Assembly (NCBI GenBank): GCA_964606485.1
Contig: CAZSGP010000001.1
Location: forward strand, 225,085 to 289,084
Length of the DNA stretch: 64,000 nucleotides
From: an uncultured Planctomycetia bacterium
GTDB taxonomy: Bacteria; Omnitrophota; Gorgyraeia; 2-02-FULL-51-18
Direction of reading: 5' to 3'
A model generated the notes under the pieces. That model had not been told where the DNA came from, searched no databases, and saw only the letters and a list, made by a program, of their open reading frames with translations. Of the stretch, positions 17,920 through 26,555 are shown piece by piece. How positions within the stretch are numbered: position 1 is the stretch's first letter; each line of letters starts with the position of its first letter. The position numbers and the translations under genes were made by a program.

Positions 17920-18933
17920 ATGCGCCAATCTTCAAAAGGGAGCATTTTAGTTTTGTCCTTGTGGGTGCTGGCACTCACGAGCTCTTTTGCTGTAAGTTTG
18001 GGTTATGGGGTTCGTCAGAAAATGACGCTGCTCTCCAGATTAGAAACGCACGCCATACAGTTCCCAATCACCGAAACGGGTGTTCAAAAAGCGCGCGGCA
18101 TGCTGATGGCCGCCGGACCCGTTCAAACCTGGGATTGTCTTTTTGATCCCTGGTATAACAATAAAAGCGCATTCGCCTCGATAGAACTGCCGGAAGGGAC
18201 TTGCCGCGTCACGACGGAGATTTCAGACGGCCACAGCGACACCAAAAAAACGATCTATGGAATAATCGATGAAGAGCGGAAAATTAACATCAACGTATCC
18301 GACGCCAAAACAATTTCCCGCTTGATTCAAAAAGCGGCGTCACTGAGTGAAGGTGAGGCGGATAGTTTGGCCTACAACATCGTCGATTGGCGAGACTCCG
18401 ATTCTTTTTACGGACACCCTAATTTTGGCGCGGAAGATAAGGACTACGAGGATAATAATCCGCCATACGAAGCCAAAGATTCGAATTACGAAACGATTGA
18501 AGAATTATTTTTGGTAAAAGACATAACGGGTAAAATTTTTGCTAAAATAGCGCCTTATCTTACGGTGTACGGTGAAGGCGCCGTGAATATCAACACAGCT
18601 TCCGAGGAAGCGCTGTTTGCGCTTGGATTTGACGAGGGGCTGCTGGATAAAATTTTTCAATACCGCGCCGGAGTCGACCGCGAAGAAGGCACCGCCGATG
18701 ACCGTGTTTTTAGGGAAGCTCAAAATATCGTGAGCGATTTAAATGGTTTTGTGCTTCTGAATCCCACTGAAAAAATTCCTTTGGAAAATGCGGTGGATAA
18801 AGAGATTGTTGGAGTTAGCTCTCTGCACTTTCGAGTTCACTCGGTGGGGCTTCTCAAAAAAGAAGTGCCGCCCATGGAAATTGATGCGGTGGTCACAAAA
18901 AAAGGTCAGATAGTGTCGCTGAGGATTCTGTAA
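17920..18933 (+). CDS. gspK: Minor pseudopilin GspK.
   Basis: 'RQSSKGSILVLSLWVLALTS' GspK-type N-terminus. Helix-hairpin-helix-like 'NINTASEEALFALGFDEGLLDKIFQYRA'. Confidence 0.7.
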   Translation: MRQSSKGSILVLSLWVLALTSSFAVSLGYGVRQKMTLLSRLETHAIQFPITETGVQKARGMLMAAGPVQTWDCLFDPWYNNKSAFASIELPEGTCRVTTEISDGHSDTKKTIYGIIDEERKININVSDAKTISRLIQKAASLSEGEADSLAYNIVDWRDSDSFYGHPNFGAEDKDYEDNNPPYEAKDSNYETIEELFLVKDITGKIFAKIAPYLTVYGEGAVNINTASEEALFALGFDEGLLDKIFQYRAGVDREEGTADDRVFREAQNIVSDLNGFVLLNPTEKIPLENAVDKEIVGVSSLHFRVHSVGLLKKEVPPMEIDAVVTKKGQIVSLRIL

Positions 18934-18937
18934 TCGC

Positions 18938-20383
18938 ATGAAAAAGACCGGAGATTTTTTAGGAATTGAGATCGGGGCGACGCATCTTAAGATTGCGCAC
19001 GTGCGCTCGACAGGTTTGCGGCGCGAAGTAGTGGATTTGATCGCTCAAGAAATCCGGGAAATGAACGACGAAGATGTCGCGGCTTTTATCAAGCGTTCAA
19101 CTGCGTCTCTTAATTTAAAGGATCCTGTTGTTTATTTGAGCGTGCCGCTTCATGCCGTGATCACGCGAAGCATTGAAATTCCATCCCGCGATCCCGAAGA
19201 AATTAAGGAAATCGTAAATCTCCAAGCTAGCCGCCACACTCCCTACTCGCGCTCGGAAATTATTATCGATATGTCAACGCTCGGTGTGGTTCGGGAAAAC
19301 TACACCAAAGTGCTTCTTGTTATAGCGCCCAGAGATTTGGTCACGCGCCAAACAAAAATACTTCAGCGCGCGGGGATGGCCCTTAAGAAAGTGATTTTTT
19401 CACCCGAAGGTCTTTGTATAGCCGTTTCAAAAATTTTAAATATCGAAAATTCTGATGCCACCGTGGCCGTGATTCACATGGACTCGGCCTATACGAGTTT
19501 TTTAGTCACCCAGCGCTCTAAAATCTTGTACGTGAGAGGCATTTCGATTGGGGCTGAACAGCTGATGAATGAAAGGGAATTGTACGCTGAAAAATTTGTC
19601 GACGAATTGACTAAGTCGCTCGAATCTTACACCGCTGACGAAGCGGGCCCCAAAATTTCTCAGGCGGTGTTAACCGGTGTACTGGGCGAGGCAACGGATC
19701 TGGATGACCTTTTCCGGGAATCCCTTCAAATGTCAATTCGACACCAGACTTACTTCAACACATTTACCATTTCGGCGGGTGCTCGGGCCGTGGCAGTCGC
19801 TTCCAAAATGGTTTCTTTTTTTGGAGTGGTCAGCTCGCTCTTACTGTTTGATAAGATAAAAATCGATCTCGTGACCGAAGAGCGGAGGCTAGAGCTCGAA
19901 CTGCATGCACGCGCTAAGCAAATGCTCACGACCGGCGTTTTAACATTGATCGTCCTTGTGTTTTTATTCACCACGTTTACGAGTAAAATCTATTTTAAGA
20001 AAACCTATCTCCATAATTTAATCGCCCGTTACCAGCACACGAAAGAGGAGGCCAAGGGTCTTGAAGAAGTGTTTTCAAAGACACAGGTGATAAAGGATTA
20101 TTTGTCGGGCCGCGGCCAGTCGCTCGAGGCCTTGACACAGGTGTATGATGCGCTTCCTGGGGATGTAAGGGTGGTTGGACTGCGCTACGACGAAGCAGAG
20201 AGATTTACGGTCCGAGGAACATCACGCAGCATGTCGTCCGTGTTTGCATTTGTGACGAATCTAGAAAAATCAAGCGAGTTTCAGAACGTCAAAGCCAAAT
20301 ATGTCACTGCGCGCGCCGAGGAAGGCCAGGACGTGCAAGATTTTGAGATTTCCATGATGATTGAGAAAGGTTCGGGAGCCTAA
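18938..20383 (+). CDS. GspL-like assembly protein. It has a PilM-type actin-like cytoplasmic domain fused to a TM and a PilN-like periplasmic domain.
   Basis: N-terminus 'FLGIEIGATHLKIAHV' (PilM/actin-like fold). A mid-protein TM 'LTLIVLVFLFTTFTS'. Position in the cluster. Confidence 0.55.
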   Translation: MKKTGDFLGIEIGATHLKIAHVRSTGLRREVVDLIAQEIREMNDEDVAAFIKRSTASLNLKDPVVYLSVPLHAVITRSIEIPSRDPEEIKEIVNLQASRHTPYSRSEIIIDMSTLGVVRENYTKVLLVIAPRDLVTRQTKILQRAGMALKKVIFSPEGLCIAVSKILNIENSDATVAVIHMDSAYTSFLVTQRSKILYVRGISIGAEQLMNERELYAEKFVDELTKSLESYTADEAGPKISQAVLTGVLGEATDLDDLFRESLQMSIRHQTYFNTFTISAGARAVAVASKMVSFFGVVSSLLLFDKIKIDLVTEERRLELELHARAKQMLTTGVLTLIVLVFLFTTFTSKIYFKKTYLHNLIARYQHTKEEAKGLEEVFSKTQVIKDYLSGRGQSLEALTQVYDALPGDVRVVGLRYDEAERFTVRGTSRSMSSVFAFVTNLEKSSEFQNVKAKYVTARAEEGQDVQDFEISMMIEKGSGA

Positions 20384-20943
20384 TGCTTTCAAAATTCTCC
20401 GCGTTTTATCAAAAATTTTCTAAAAGAGAAAAACAAATCTTTTGGGGGACCGCTTTGGTTGTCGGGTTCCTTGTTGTTGACCGCGTAGCTCTCGGTCCTG
20501 CCGTCGGAAAAGTGGGGCAGTTAGACTCTCAGATCAAGCAGGAAGAATCCGCCATCCGTAAATCCATGAGTGTGTTGCTTAGAAAAGAGCAGATTGCTCA
20601 GGAAAGTAAGCAGTTTGAGGTTTTTTCGGTAGAAGCCAAAAATCCCGAAGAAGAGATGGTTGGTTTTTTAAAGGAACTTGAAACCATCGCGAGCCAATCC
20701 TCTGTCAATCTTTCGTACGTGAAGCCCGGAAGTTCCGATGAGTCCGGCGGAAAAACACGGAAGTATTACGCTTCTTTGGAATGCGAAGCGCAAATGGAGC
20801 AGATCGCCGGATTTTTCCATAGCCTCGAAAGTTCGACCAAGCTACTTAAAATTGAAAAATACGAAATCCAGCCAAAATCAAAAGAGTCGAGCCTCGCTCG
20901 CTGCACCATGACGGTTTCAAAAACCGTTCTTCTTAAAATTTAA
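20383..20943 (+). CDS. GspM/PilO-like inner-membrane assembly protein.
   Basis: Single N-terminal TM ('IFWGTALVVGFLVV'), then a periplasmic domain. Last gene of the cluster, with an ATGA overlap. Confidence 0.4.
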   Translation: MLSKFSAFYQKFSKREKQIFWGTALVVGFLVVDRVALGPAVGKVGQLDSQIKQEESAIRKSMSVLLRKEQIAQESKQFEVFSVEAKNPEEEMVGFLKELETIASQSSVNLSYVKPGSSDESGGKTRKYYASLECEAQMEQIAGFFHSLESSTKLLKIEKYEIQPKSKESSLARCTMTVSKTVLLKI

Positions 20944-20947
20944 ATTG

Positions 20948-21646
20948 TTAGGATTTTAAAGGTTCCGCGGCAGAATTGTCTGCGGCGGGAGGTTCAGAGG
21001 GATTTTGGCGAGCCTCTTTTTTCTTGATCCAATCTTCCAGCTGTTTCGCGTAGCTTAGAGAGCCCATCAGCTTGAGTTGACCAGCCTGTTTAAAGGCAGA
21101 GTTTTTATCACCCAGTTGGTAATAGGCGCCACCCAGCCCCAAATACGCTTCCTCGAAGCGGGGATTGAGCGCCACGCTTTTTTCATAGGCTTCAACAGCT
21201 TCTTTGAAATTGCCGGACCCAGCATTTAAGAGGCCTAGTTCATACCAGACCTTAAAACTAGCAGGGGATAGTTCCAGTGCTTTTTTATAAGCTTCTTTAG
21301 ACTTTTGGATGTCCGCTTTGTTGGCATAAATCAAAGCAAGATTCCGGTACGCTTGGAAGTTAGGGTCGAGCTTTACTGCCTTCTCAGCGTGGGAGACCGC
21401 CTTATTCATTTCGCCGATGTTTCCGTAAGCGAGCGCAATGAAAAGATGAGCTTTTGGATTATTGGGCTCTAGTTTTAAAGCGTCTTGGTAAAAAGAGACA
21501 GCTTTTTGATAGCTGCGGGCCCGAATGGATTCAGATGCTTTTTGAAGGAGCTCTTCAGCGCTTTCCGCACGAGCGAAGGCTGAAGCTAGAACAACGGGTG
21601 TCAGCAGTAAAAGAAAGGTAAGACGGCTAAGATATTTTTTTTTCAC
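20948..21646 (-). CDS. Secreted TPR-repeat protein.
   Basis: Signal peptide 'MKKKYLSRLTFLLLLTPVVLASAFA'. About 5 TPR units. Confidence 0.7.
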   Translation of the reverse strand: MKKKYLSRLTFLLLLTPVVLASAFARAESAEELLQKASESIRARSYQKAVSFYQDALKLEPNNPKAHLFIALAYGNIGEMNKAVSHAEKAVKLDPNFQAYRNLALIYANKADIQKSKEAYKKALELSPASFKVWYELGLLNAGSGNFKEAVEAYEKSVALNPRFEEAYLGLGGAYYQLGDKNSAFKQAGQLKLMGSLSYAKQLEDWIKKKEARQNPSEPPAADNSAAEPLKS

Positions 21647-22182
21647 TACTTCAGATAGATCCGAGTAATCTTCTGCTCGGACAAGGGTTTGTCGCTTGAA
21701 TCGGTTTGGGTCTGGCTAATTTTTTGAACAATGTCATAACCCGAAATAACCTCTCCAAAAATCGTGTGACGATTATTGAGATGCGGCGTTGGAACAGTGG
21801 TGATGAAAAACTGGCTTCCGTTCGTGCGCGGCCCGCGATTGGCCATGGCAAGCAGGCCCGGACGGTCGAACTGAATTTTGTCAGAGAATTCGTCTGCAAA
21901 GTCTTCACCCCATACCGATTCTCCGCCCATACCCGTTGCCGTGGGGTCTCCGCCTTGAACCATAAAATTTTTAATGACGCGGTGAAATACGGTGCCGTCG
22001 TAGTAGTGTTTTTCGGCAAGCTTGATCAGATTTTCACACGCCTTAGGGGCGATGTCAGGGAAGAGTTTTACTTCGAACGATCCTTGATTGGTTTCAAAAA
22101 CAACAACCGGATTTTCAGCAGCCTTGCAGTTTGTGTTGAGTAAAAAAAGAAAAGAGGCGAACAGGATTGAGATTTTTTTCAT
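21646..22182 (-). CDS. ppiA: Periplasmic cyclophilin-type peptidyl-prolyl cis-trans isomerase.
   Basis: 'FHRVIKNFMVQGGDP', 'ANRGPRTNGSQFFITT' and 'HTIFGEVISGYDIV'. The signal peptide begins at the internal Met (MKKISILFASFLF). Confidence 0.85.
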   Translation of the reverse strand: MKKISILFASFLFLLNTNCKAAENPVVVFETNQGSFEVKLFPDIAPKACENLIKLAEKHYYDGTVFHRVIKNFMVQGGDPTATGMGGESVWGEDFADEFSDKIQFDRPGLLAMANRGPRTNGSQFFITTVPTPHLNNRHTIFGEVISGYDIVQKISQTQTDSSDKPLSEQKITRIYLK

Positions 22183-22233
22183 AATAGAAGTTAATTTACT
22201 ATTTTTAAGCATTCTTGTCAAACGGTTGGCGAT

Positions 22234-22309
22234 TGTCATTGCGAGCGAAGCGAAGCAATCTCGCTTTTAAGAGCATGATTGCTTCGTCGCTGCGCTTCTC
22301 GCAATGACA
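22234..22309. repeat. Copy 2 of the ~77-bp palindromic intergenic repeat.
   Basis: tgtcattgcgagcgaagcgaagcaatctcgc...gattgcttcgtcgctgcgcttctcgcaatgaca. It lies between divergent genes. Confidence 0.75.
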
Positions 22310-22374
22310 CGAGACGTTTCTTTAATTGCGAAGCCACCCATTTTTGTTTAGAATAACCCCCGAATCGAGTAAAA

Positions 22375-22719
22375 ATGATTAAAAAAATAGTAGCTCTCGT
22401 TTGGATTGGTTTTGCGCTTAACCTCGAGTTTGTTTCAGCGGCAGAGGATAAAGCCTTAAAAAGCTCTGATGGAGCTAATTTTGAGTACAAAACCGTTACC
22501 ACCAAAGAGGGTTTGGTGTTTCGCGTGCCGGATGATATGCCGATCGAAGAGCGAAGTGGCGTGCAGGCCCCGATTCCCTTCGATGAGTACGTATACGGAA
22601 AATTTAAAAAGATGGAAAATCGCTTTAAAGCCCTCAACGAAAGAATGGACCGCCTGGAGAAAGATTTGGAGTTGTTGAAACCCGCAAAAGAAAAAGAAAA
22701 GGCTATTCTTAAAACATGA
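22375..22719 (+). CDS. Small secreted protein with a C-terminal coiled coil.
   Basis: Signal peptide 'MIKKIVALVWIGFALNLEFVSAAED'. The charged coiled-coil tail reads 'MENRFKALNERMDRLEKDLELLK'. Confidence 0.45.
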   Translation: MIKKIVALVWIGFALNLEFVSAAEDKALKSSDGANFEYKTVTTKEGLVFRVPDDMPIEERSGVQAPIPFDEYVYGKFKKMENRFKALNERMDRLEKDLELLKPAKEKEKAILKT

Positions 22720-23528
22720 TGATTTCCCGAAGCCGGACTTTTTCAAACTTTTTTTTAGCCGTTCTCGCAGGTGTTGCTTTATTTGTGAATGGTTGTGCCC
22801 ACGCGCCGCGAGTAAGCACGCCGCCTTCGTTTCAGATGCCAGCGCCGAGCGGCGGCATTCCCATTCAGCACACCGTGATTCGCGGGGAAACGCTTTACCG
22901 GATCGCCAAAACTTACAACGTAGACGTGAGTGATGTGATGCGCGCCAATCATATTTACAATCCCACGCAACTAGCTTCCGGACAAATTCTTATTATTCCT
23001 CAGCCAGCCGTGCCCGTGATTACTCCTGGTATTCAAGAACCGATAACGCTGGAAGCGATGGAAAAAATAACCGGCCCCAAAAAAAATGTTTATCCGTGGG
23101 AGACGATTACTGTTCATCACAGCGGAACTCTCACGGGAAGTGCGCGGCTTTTTGACAAAGATCATCGTCGCCGCAAAATGGGCGGACTCTTCTATCATTT
23201 TGTAATCGGCAATGGAACACGCACGCCCGAAGGTTCGGTGGAGTTGGGGTGGCGATGGCTCAAGCAGGTTAAGGCCAATCGACCTAACGACATTCAGATT
23301 TGTTTAGTCGGAAATTTCGATGAGCAGAACGTTTCGGAGCGCCAGCTGAATTCGTTGGTTAATTTGACAGCACTTTTACAACACCAGTACAACATCCCAT
23401 TGTCCGCGGTCCGTCAGCATTGCGACATTCCTGGTAAGCATACCGATTGCCCTGGTAAAAAATTTCCATTTTCAAAGCTTTTGTCTAAACTCTCTCAAAA
23501 ATCCACCGATCCCTACTTCCGGAAATGA
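22716..23528 (+). CDS. LysM-domain N-acetylmuramoyl-L-alanine amidase (amidase_2/PGRP-like) lipoprotein.
   Basis: Lipobox 'FVNGC'. LysM 'HTVIRGETLYRIAKTYNVDVSDVMRANHIYNPTQLASGQILIIP'. The amidase_2-like 'ITVHHSG...HCDIPGKHTDCPG'. Confidence 0.7.
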   Translation: MMISRSRTFSNFFLAVLAGVALFVNGCAHAPRVSTPPSFQMPAPSGGIPIQHTVIRGETLYRIAKTYNVDVSDVMRANHIYNPTQLASGQILIIPQPAVPVITPGIQEPITLEAMEKITGPKKNVYPWETITVHHSGTLTGSARLFDKDHRRRKMGGLFYHFVIGNGTRTPEGSVELGWRWLKQVKANRPNDIQICLVGNFDEQNVSERQLNSLVNLTALLQHQYNIPLSAVRQHCDIPGKHTDCPGKKFPFSKLLSKLSQKSTDPYFRK

Positions 23529-23585
23529 TTCGCCTCGTCATCCTGAGGCGTTTTTTGCCGAAGGATCTTTTCCGGACGATAGGAT

Positions 23586-24650
23586 ATGAAAACAAAGATT
23601 CTTAAGGCAAACCCCCCATCCATTAAGCTAGCCGCAAAAATTCTAAAAAAAGGCGGCCTTGTCGCATTTCCCACTGAAACCGTTTACGGTTTGGGGGCCG
23701 ATGCGTTCAACTCGCGAGCCGTTGCTAAAATTTTCGAAGCGAAAAACCGCCCGCATTTCGACCCCTTGATTGTGCATATTTCAAGTTTCGATCAACTTGA
23801 AACGCTTTGGAAAGAATTTTCGCCGACCGCTAAAAAATTAGCGCACGCTTTTTGGCCGGGTCCTCTAACGCTGGTGCTACCCAAAAAAAGGGAAGTGCCG
23901 GATTTGGTGACAGCGGGGCTTGAGACTGTTGCTGTGCGCATGCCCGCGCATCCGGTGGCGCTGAAACTCTTACAGGTATTTGGGTCGCCGATTGCCGCAC
24001 CGAGCGCCAATCTATTCAATCGCACGAGCCCCACTCAGGCCGAGGCAGTTCGGGATGATTTGGGTGGCCGAATCGATCTTATTTTGGACGGAGGCCCTTG
24101 TCGCGTGGGGGTGGAGTCAACCGTTTTGAAATTAGAAGGCAGTAAGGCGATTCTTCTGAGGCCGGGAGGCGTGCCAGTCGAGGCTATTCGAGCCATTTGC
24201 CCGGTGCATTTAGAGCGTCGTAAAAAAGGAGTTAAAAAATTTTATTCCCCCGGCGAACAAGAAACGCATTATGCGCCGCTCACTCCATTTGTCATGATGG
24301 GGGAGAGCCGAGCGCAGTTCCAAAAATCGCTTCGGCGATATTTTAAAATTTGCACCGAACAAAAAATTAGAACTCCCCGGATAGGCGGAATTTTTTTTAA
24401 AAAGCCGCTTCAAAGCCCGCTTCTTCGGAAAACGCTGACGCTTTCCAAAACGGGAAGTTTGACCGAGAGCGCTTCAAATCTCTTTAAAATGATCCGTGGG
24501 CTTGATAAAATCAAACTTGATTTGATGATCGCAGAGCCGGTGAAGTCTAAAGAGTTAGGCGTTGCCATCACGAACCGTTTGAGCAAGGCCACCTCCGGAA
24601 AAGTTGGAATCAAAATTTTTTTTAACGATTGGATAAGGAAAAACAGTTAG
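23586..24650 (+). CDS. tsaC: L-threonylcarbamoyladenylate synthase (Sua5/YrdC family, long form).
   Basis: 'VAFPTETVYGLGADAFN' and 'KNRPHFDPLIVHI'. A Sua5 C-terminal domain is present. Confidence 0.85.
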   Translation: MKTKILKANPPSIKLAAKILKKGGLVAFPTETVYGLGADAFNSRAVAKIFEAKNRPHFDPLIVHISSFDQLETLWKEFSPTAKKLAHAFWPGPLTLVLPKKREVPDLVTAGLETVAVRMPAHPVALKLLQVFGSPIAAPSANLFNRTSPTQAEAVRDDLGGRIDLILDGGPCRVGVESTVLKLEGSKAILLRPGGVPVEAIRAICPVHLERRKKGVKKFYSPGEQETHYAPLTPFVMMGESRAQFQKSLRRYFKICTEQKIRTPRIGGIFFKKPLQSPLLRKTLTLSKTGSLTESASNLFKMIRGLDKIKLDLMIAEPVKSKELGVAITNRLSKATSGKVGIKIFFNDWIRKNS

Positions 24651-24659
24651 AGGAGAACG

Positions 24660-25577
24660 ATGAAGCCTGCCATGGAAAATAGCGCACCCGTTATGGAAAC
24701 CAAGCTCCCGCTTAAACTTTTAAATCGCGGAAAAGTGCGCGATATTTATGAGGTGAGCTCCGATCGATTATTGATTATCACGACCGATCGCCTGAGCGCA
24801 TTTGACGTTGTGCTTCCGACACCCATCCCTGACAAGGGAAAAGTCTTGAATCAGATTTCTTTATTTTGGTTTGAGAAATTTAAAGATCTTTTGCCAAATC
24901 ACATTATCGCATCGGACGTTTCAAAGATGGGTTTTGACCGCTCCTTTGTTTCCGAGTATGGAAGAGTTTTAGAAGGCCGCTCAATCTTGGTGCACCGGGC
25001 AAAGCCCATGCCGGTTGAGTGCGTGGTGCGCGGGTTTATCGCAGGCTCCGGTTGGAACGACTATAAAAAAACGGGCGCTGTTTGTGGGCACGTTTTACCG
25101 CAGGGCTTAAAGCAATGCCAGGAACTTGCCGAGCCACTCTTTACGCCGTCCACTAAGGCCACCGAAGGTCACGACCTCAACATCGGTTTCAAAGAAACGG
25201 TGGATCTGGTTGGTAAAGAAATTGCCGAAAAGCTCCGCGACTTCACCATTCTTATATATAAGGAAGGGGTGAAGTTTGCCAAAACAAAGGGCATCTTGAT
25301 TGCCGACACGAAGTTTGAATTTGGAATGTTTAACGGAAAACTGATTCTGATTGATGAGGTCTTAACCCCGGATAGCTCCCGTTTCTGGCCGAAGGATACC
25401 TATAAAGAAGGTCAGGACCAGCCGAGTCTCGACAAGCAGATTGTCCGCAATTTTCTAACCGAATCCGGTTGGGACAAAACCCCTCCGGGTCCTGTATTGC
25501 CCACGACCATCATGGAGCAAACTTCAAAAGCGTATAAGGATGTGTTTAAGCGTCTCACGGGCGCAGAACTCGCTTGA
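24660..25577 (+). CDS. purC: Phosphoribosylaminoimidazole-succinocarboxamide (SAICAR) synthase.
   Basis: 'LLNRGKVRDIYEV', 'LLIITTDRLSAFDVVLP' and 'ILIADTKFEFG'. Confidence 0.9.
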   Translation: MKPAMENSAPVMETKLPLKLLNRGKVRDIYEVSSDRLLIITTDRLSAFDVVLPTPIPDKGKVLNQISLFWFEKFKDLLPNHIIASDVSKMGFDRSFVSEYGRVLEGRSILVHRAKPMPVECVVRGFIAGSGWNDYKKTGAVCGHVLPQGLKQCQELAEPLFTPSTKATEGHDLNIGFKETVDLVGKEIAEKLRDFTILIYKEGVKFAKTKGILIADTKFEFGMFNGKLILIDEVLTPDSSRFWPKDTYKEGQDQPSLDKQIVRNFLTESGWDKTPPGPVLPTTIMEQTSKAYKDVFKRLTGAELA

Positions 25578-25654
25578 TGTCATTGCGAGGAGCGAAGCGA
25601 CGAAGCAATCTCGTTTTTAAAATCAAGATTGCTTTGCTAGCGCTCGCAATGACA
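25578..25654. repeat. Copy 3 of the ~77-bp palindromic repeat, starting immediately after the purC stop codon.
   Basis: tgtcattgcgaggagcgaagcgacgaagcaatctcg...gattgctttgctagcgctcgcaatgaca. Confidence 0.75.
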
Positions 25655-26341
25655 ACAATTGCTTTTCTTTGCGCTGACCCACCAGTTTATTCGAAAGGCA
25701 ATCTTTCGATTTGCATGGCTACGGTTAAGCGCGTGGATTTAAAAAACGATCAAGGCGAGTGGATTACCGTGATCGAACCGGACAAGGCTATCGACATCGA
25801 AAACGATCCGCTTTCCATTTCTTTTTTTAATAGCGGACGCATCCCTGCGGGAAATTATGAAAATTTTAGAGTGGTGTTGTCCGAACACTTTCAGTTTTCA
25901 GGCGAGGACCACGGTAATTTCACCACCGAAGGCGGGGAGTTGGAGCTTAGAGGGGATGCGAAGCTTGCTAAGAATCTCCCGGGAATTATAACCGCGTTCA
26001 AAGAAAAAGCTCCCACCTGGAACGATAAAACCGAAGGCATGATGAAAGAGCATTTTAATTTTAACAATGCCGACCCGGATGACGACATTACGATTGTTGC
26101 GGATTCGGACTTAAAGAGCCCCATCAAAATCGCCAAAGGCTCTTTTGTGCAGATTGAAGTTGAAATTCATACGGGCGGGTCTCTGCGTTTTGCCTCTTCG
26201 GACGTGATTAGTTTTAATTTGCTCCCATCCTCCCGGAAGGGGATGTTGTTTTTGTTTCCCAATCAAATCGAAAATCTAGTGGTTACGGTGGACGGCGATC
26301 AGCGGATCATCCCCGGCGAGCAGGTCAAAATCGCCCTTTAG
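25649..26341 (+). CDS. Hypothetical protein. The start is uncertain because the N-terminus of the long ORF is encoded by the palindromic repeat.
   Basis: ORF 25574-26341. The first ~25 codons overlap repeat copy 3, so an internal Met (~25649 or later) is the likely start. No recognisable motifs. Confidence 0.35.
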   Translation: MTTIAFLCADPPVYSKGNLSICMATVKRVDLKNDQGEWITVIEPDKAIDIENDPLSISFFNSGRIPAGNYENFRVVLSEHFQFSGEDHGNFTTEGGELELRGDAKLAKNLPGIITAFKEKAPTWNDKTEGMMKEHFNFNNADPDDDITIVADSDLKSPIKIAKGSFVQIEVEIHTGGSLRFASSDVISFNLLPSSRKGMLFLFPNQIENLVVTVDGDQRIIPGEQVKIAL

Positions 26342-26555
26342 CCAAATCAAGTCTTGTTAAGCATTGTTAATTTATAGGTAAGCGCCTATGTTTTTAGCAA
26401 TGAATCAATTTTTTTATTGCAATCAGCATATTTATTTAGTAAGTTGTCTGTATTCATAGGGATTTAAAGAGGCGCATTCCTATTTTTTAATAAACCCGCG
26501 CGGCTTTAAACCAGAACACAAATCACTTTTAACAATTCTAAATGGAGAATGAAAT

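Noticed and set aside
22088-22270. 60-aa ORF overlapping the cyclophilin 5' end and the palindromic repeat.
   Set aside because: Its sequence is largely the translation of the inverted-repeat element. It has no RBS. It is an artefact.
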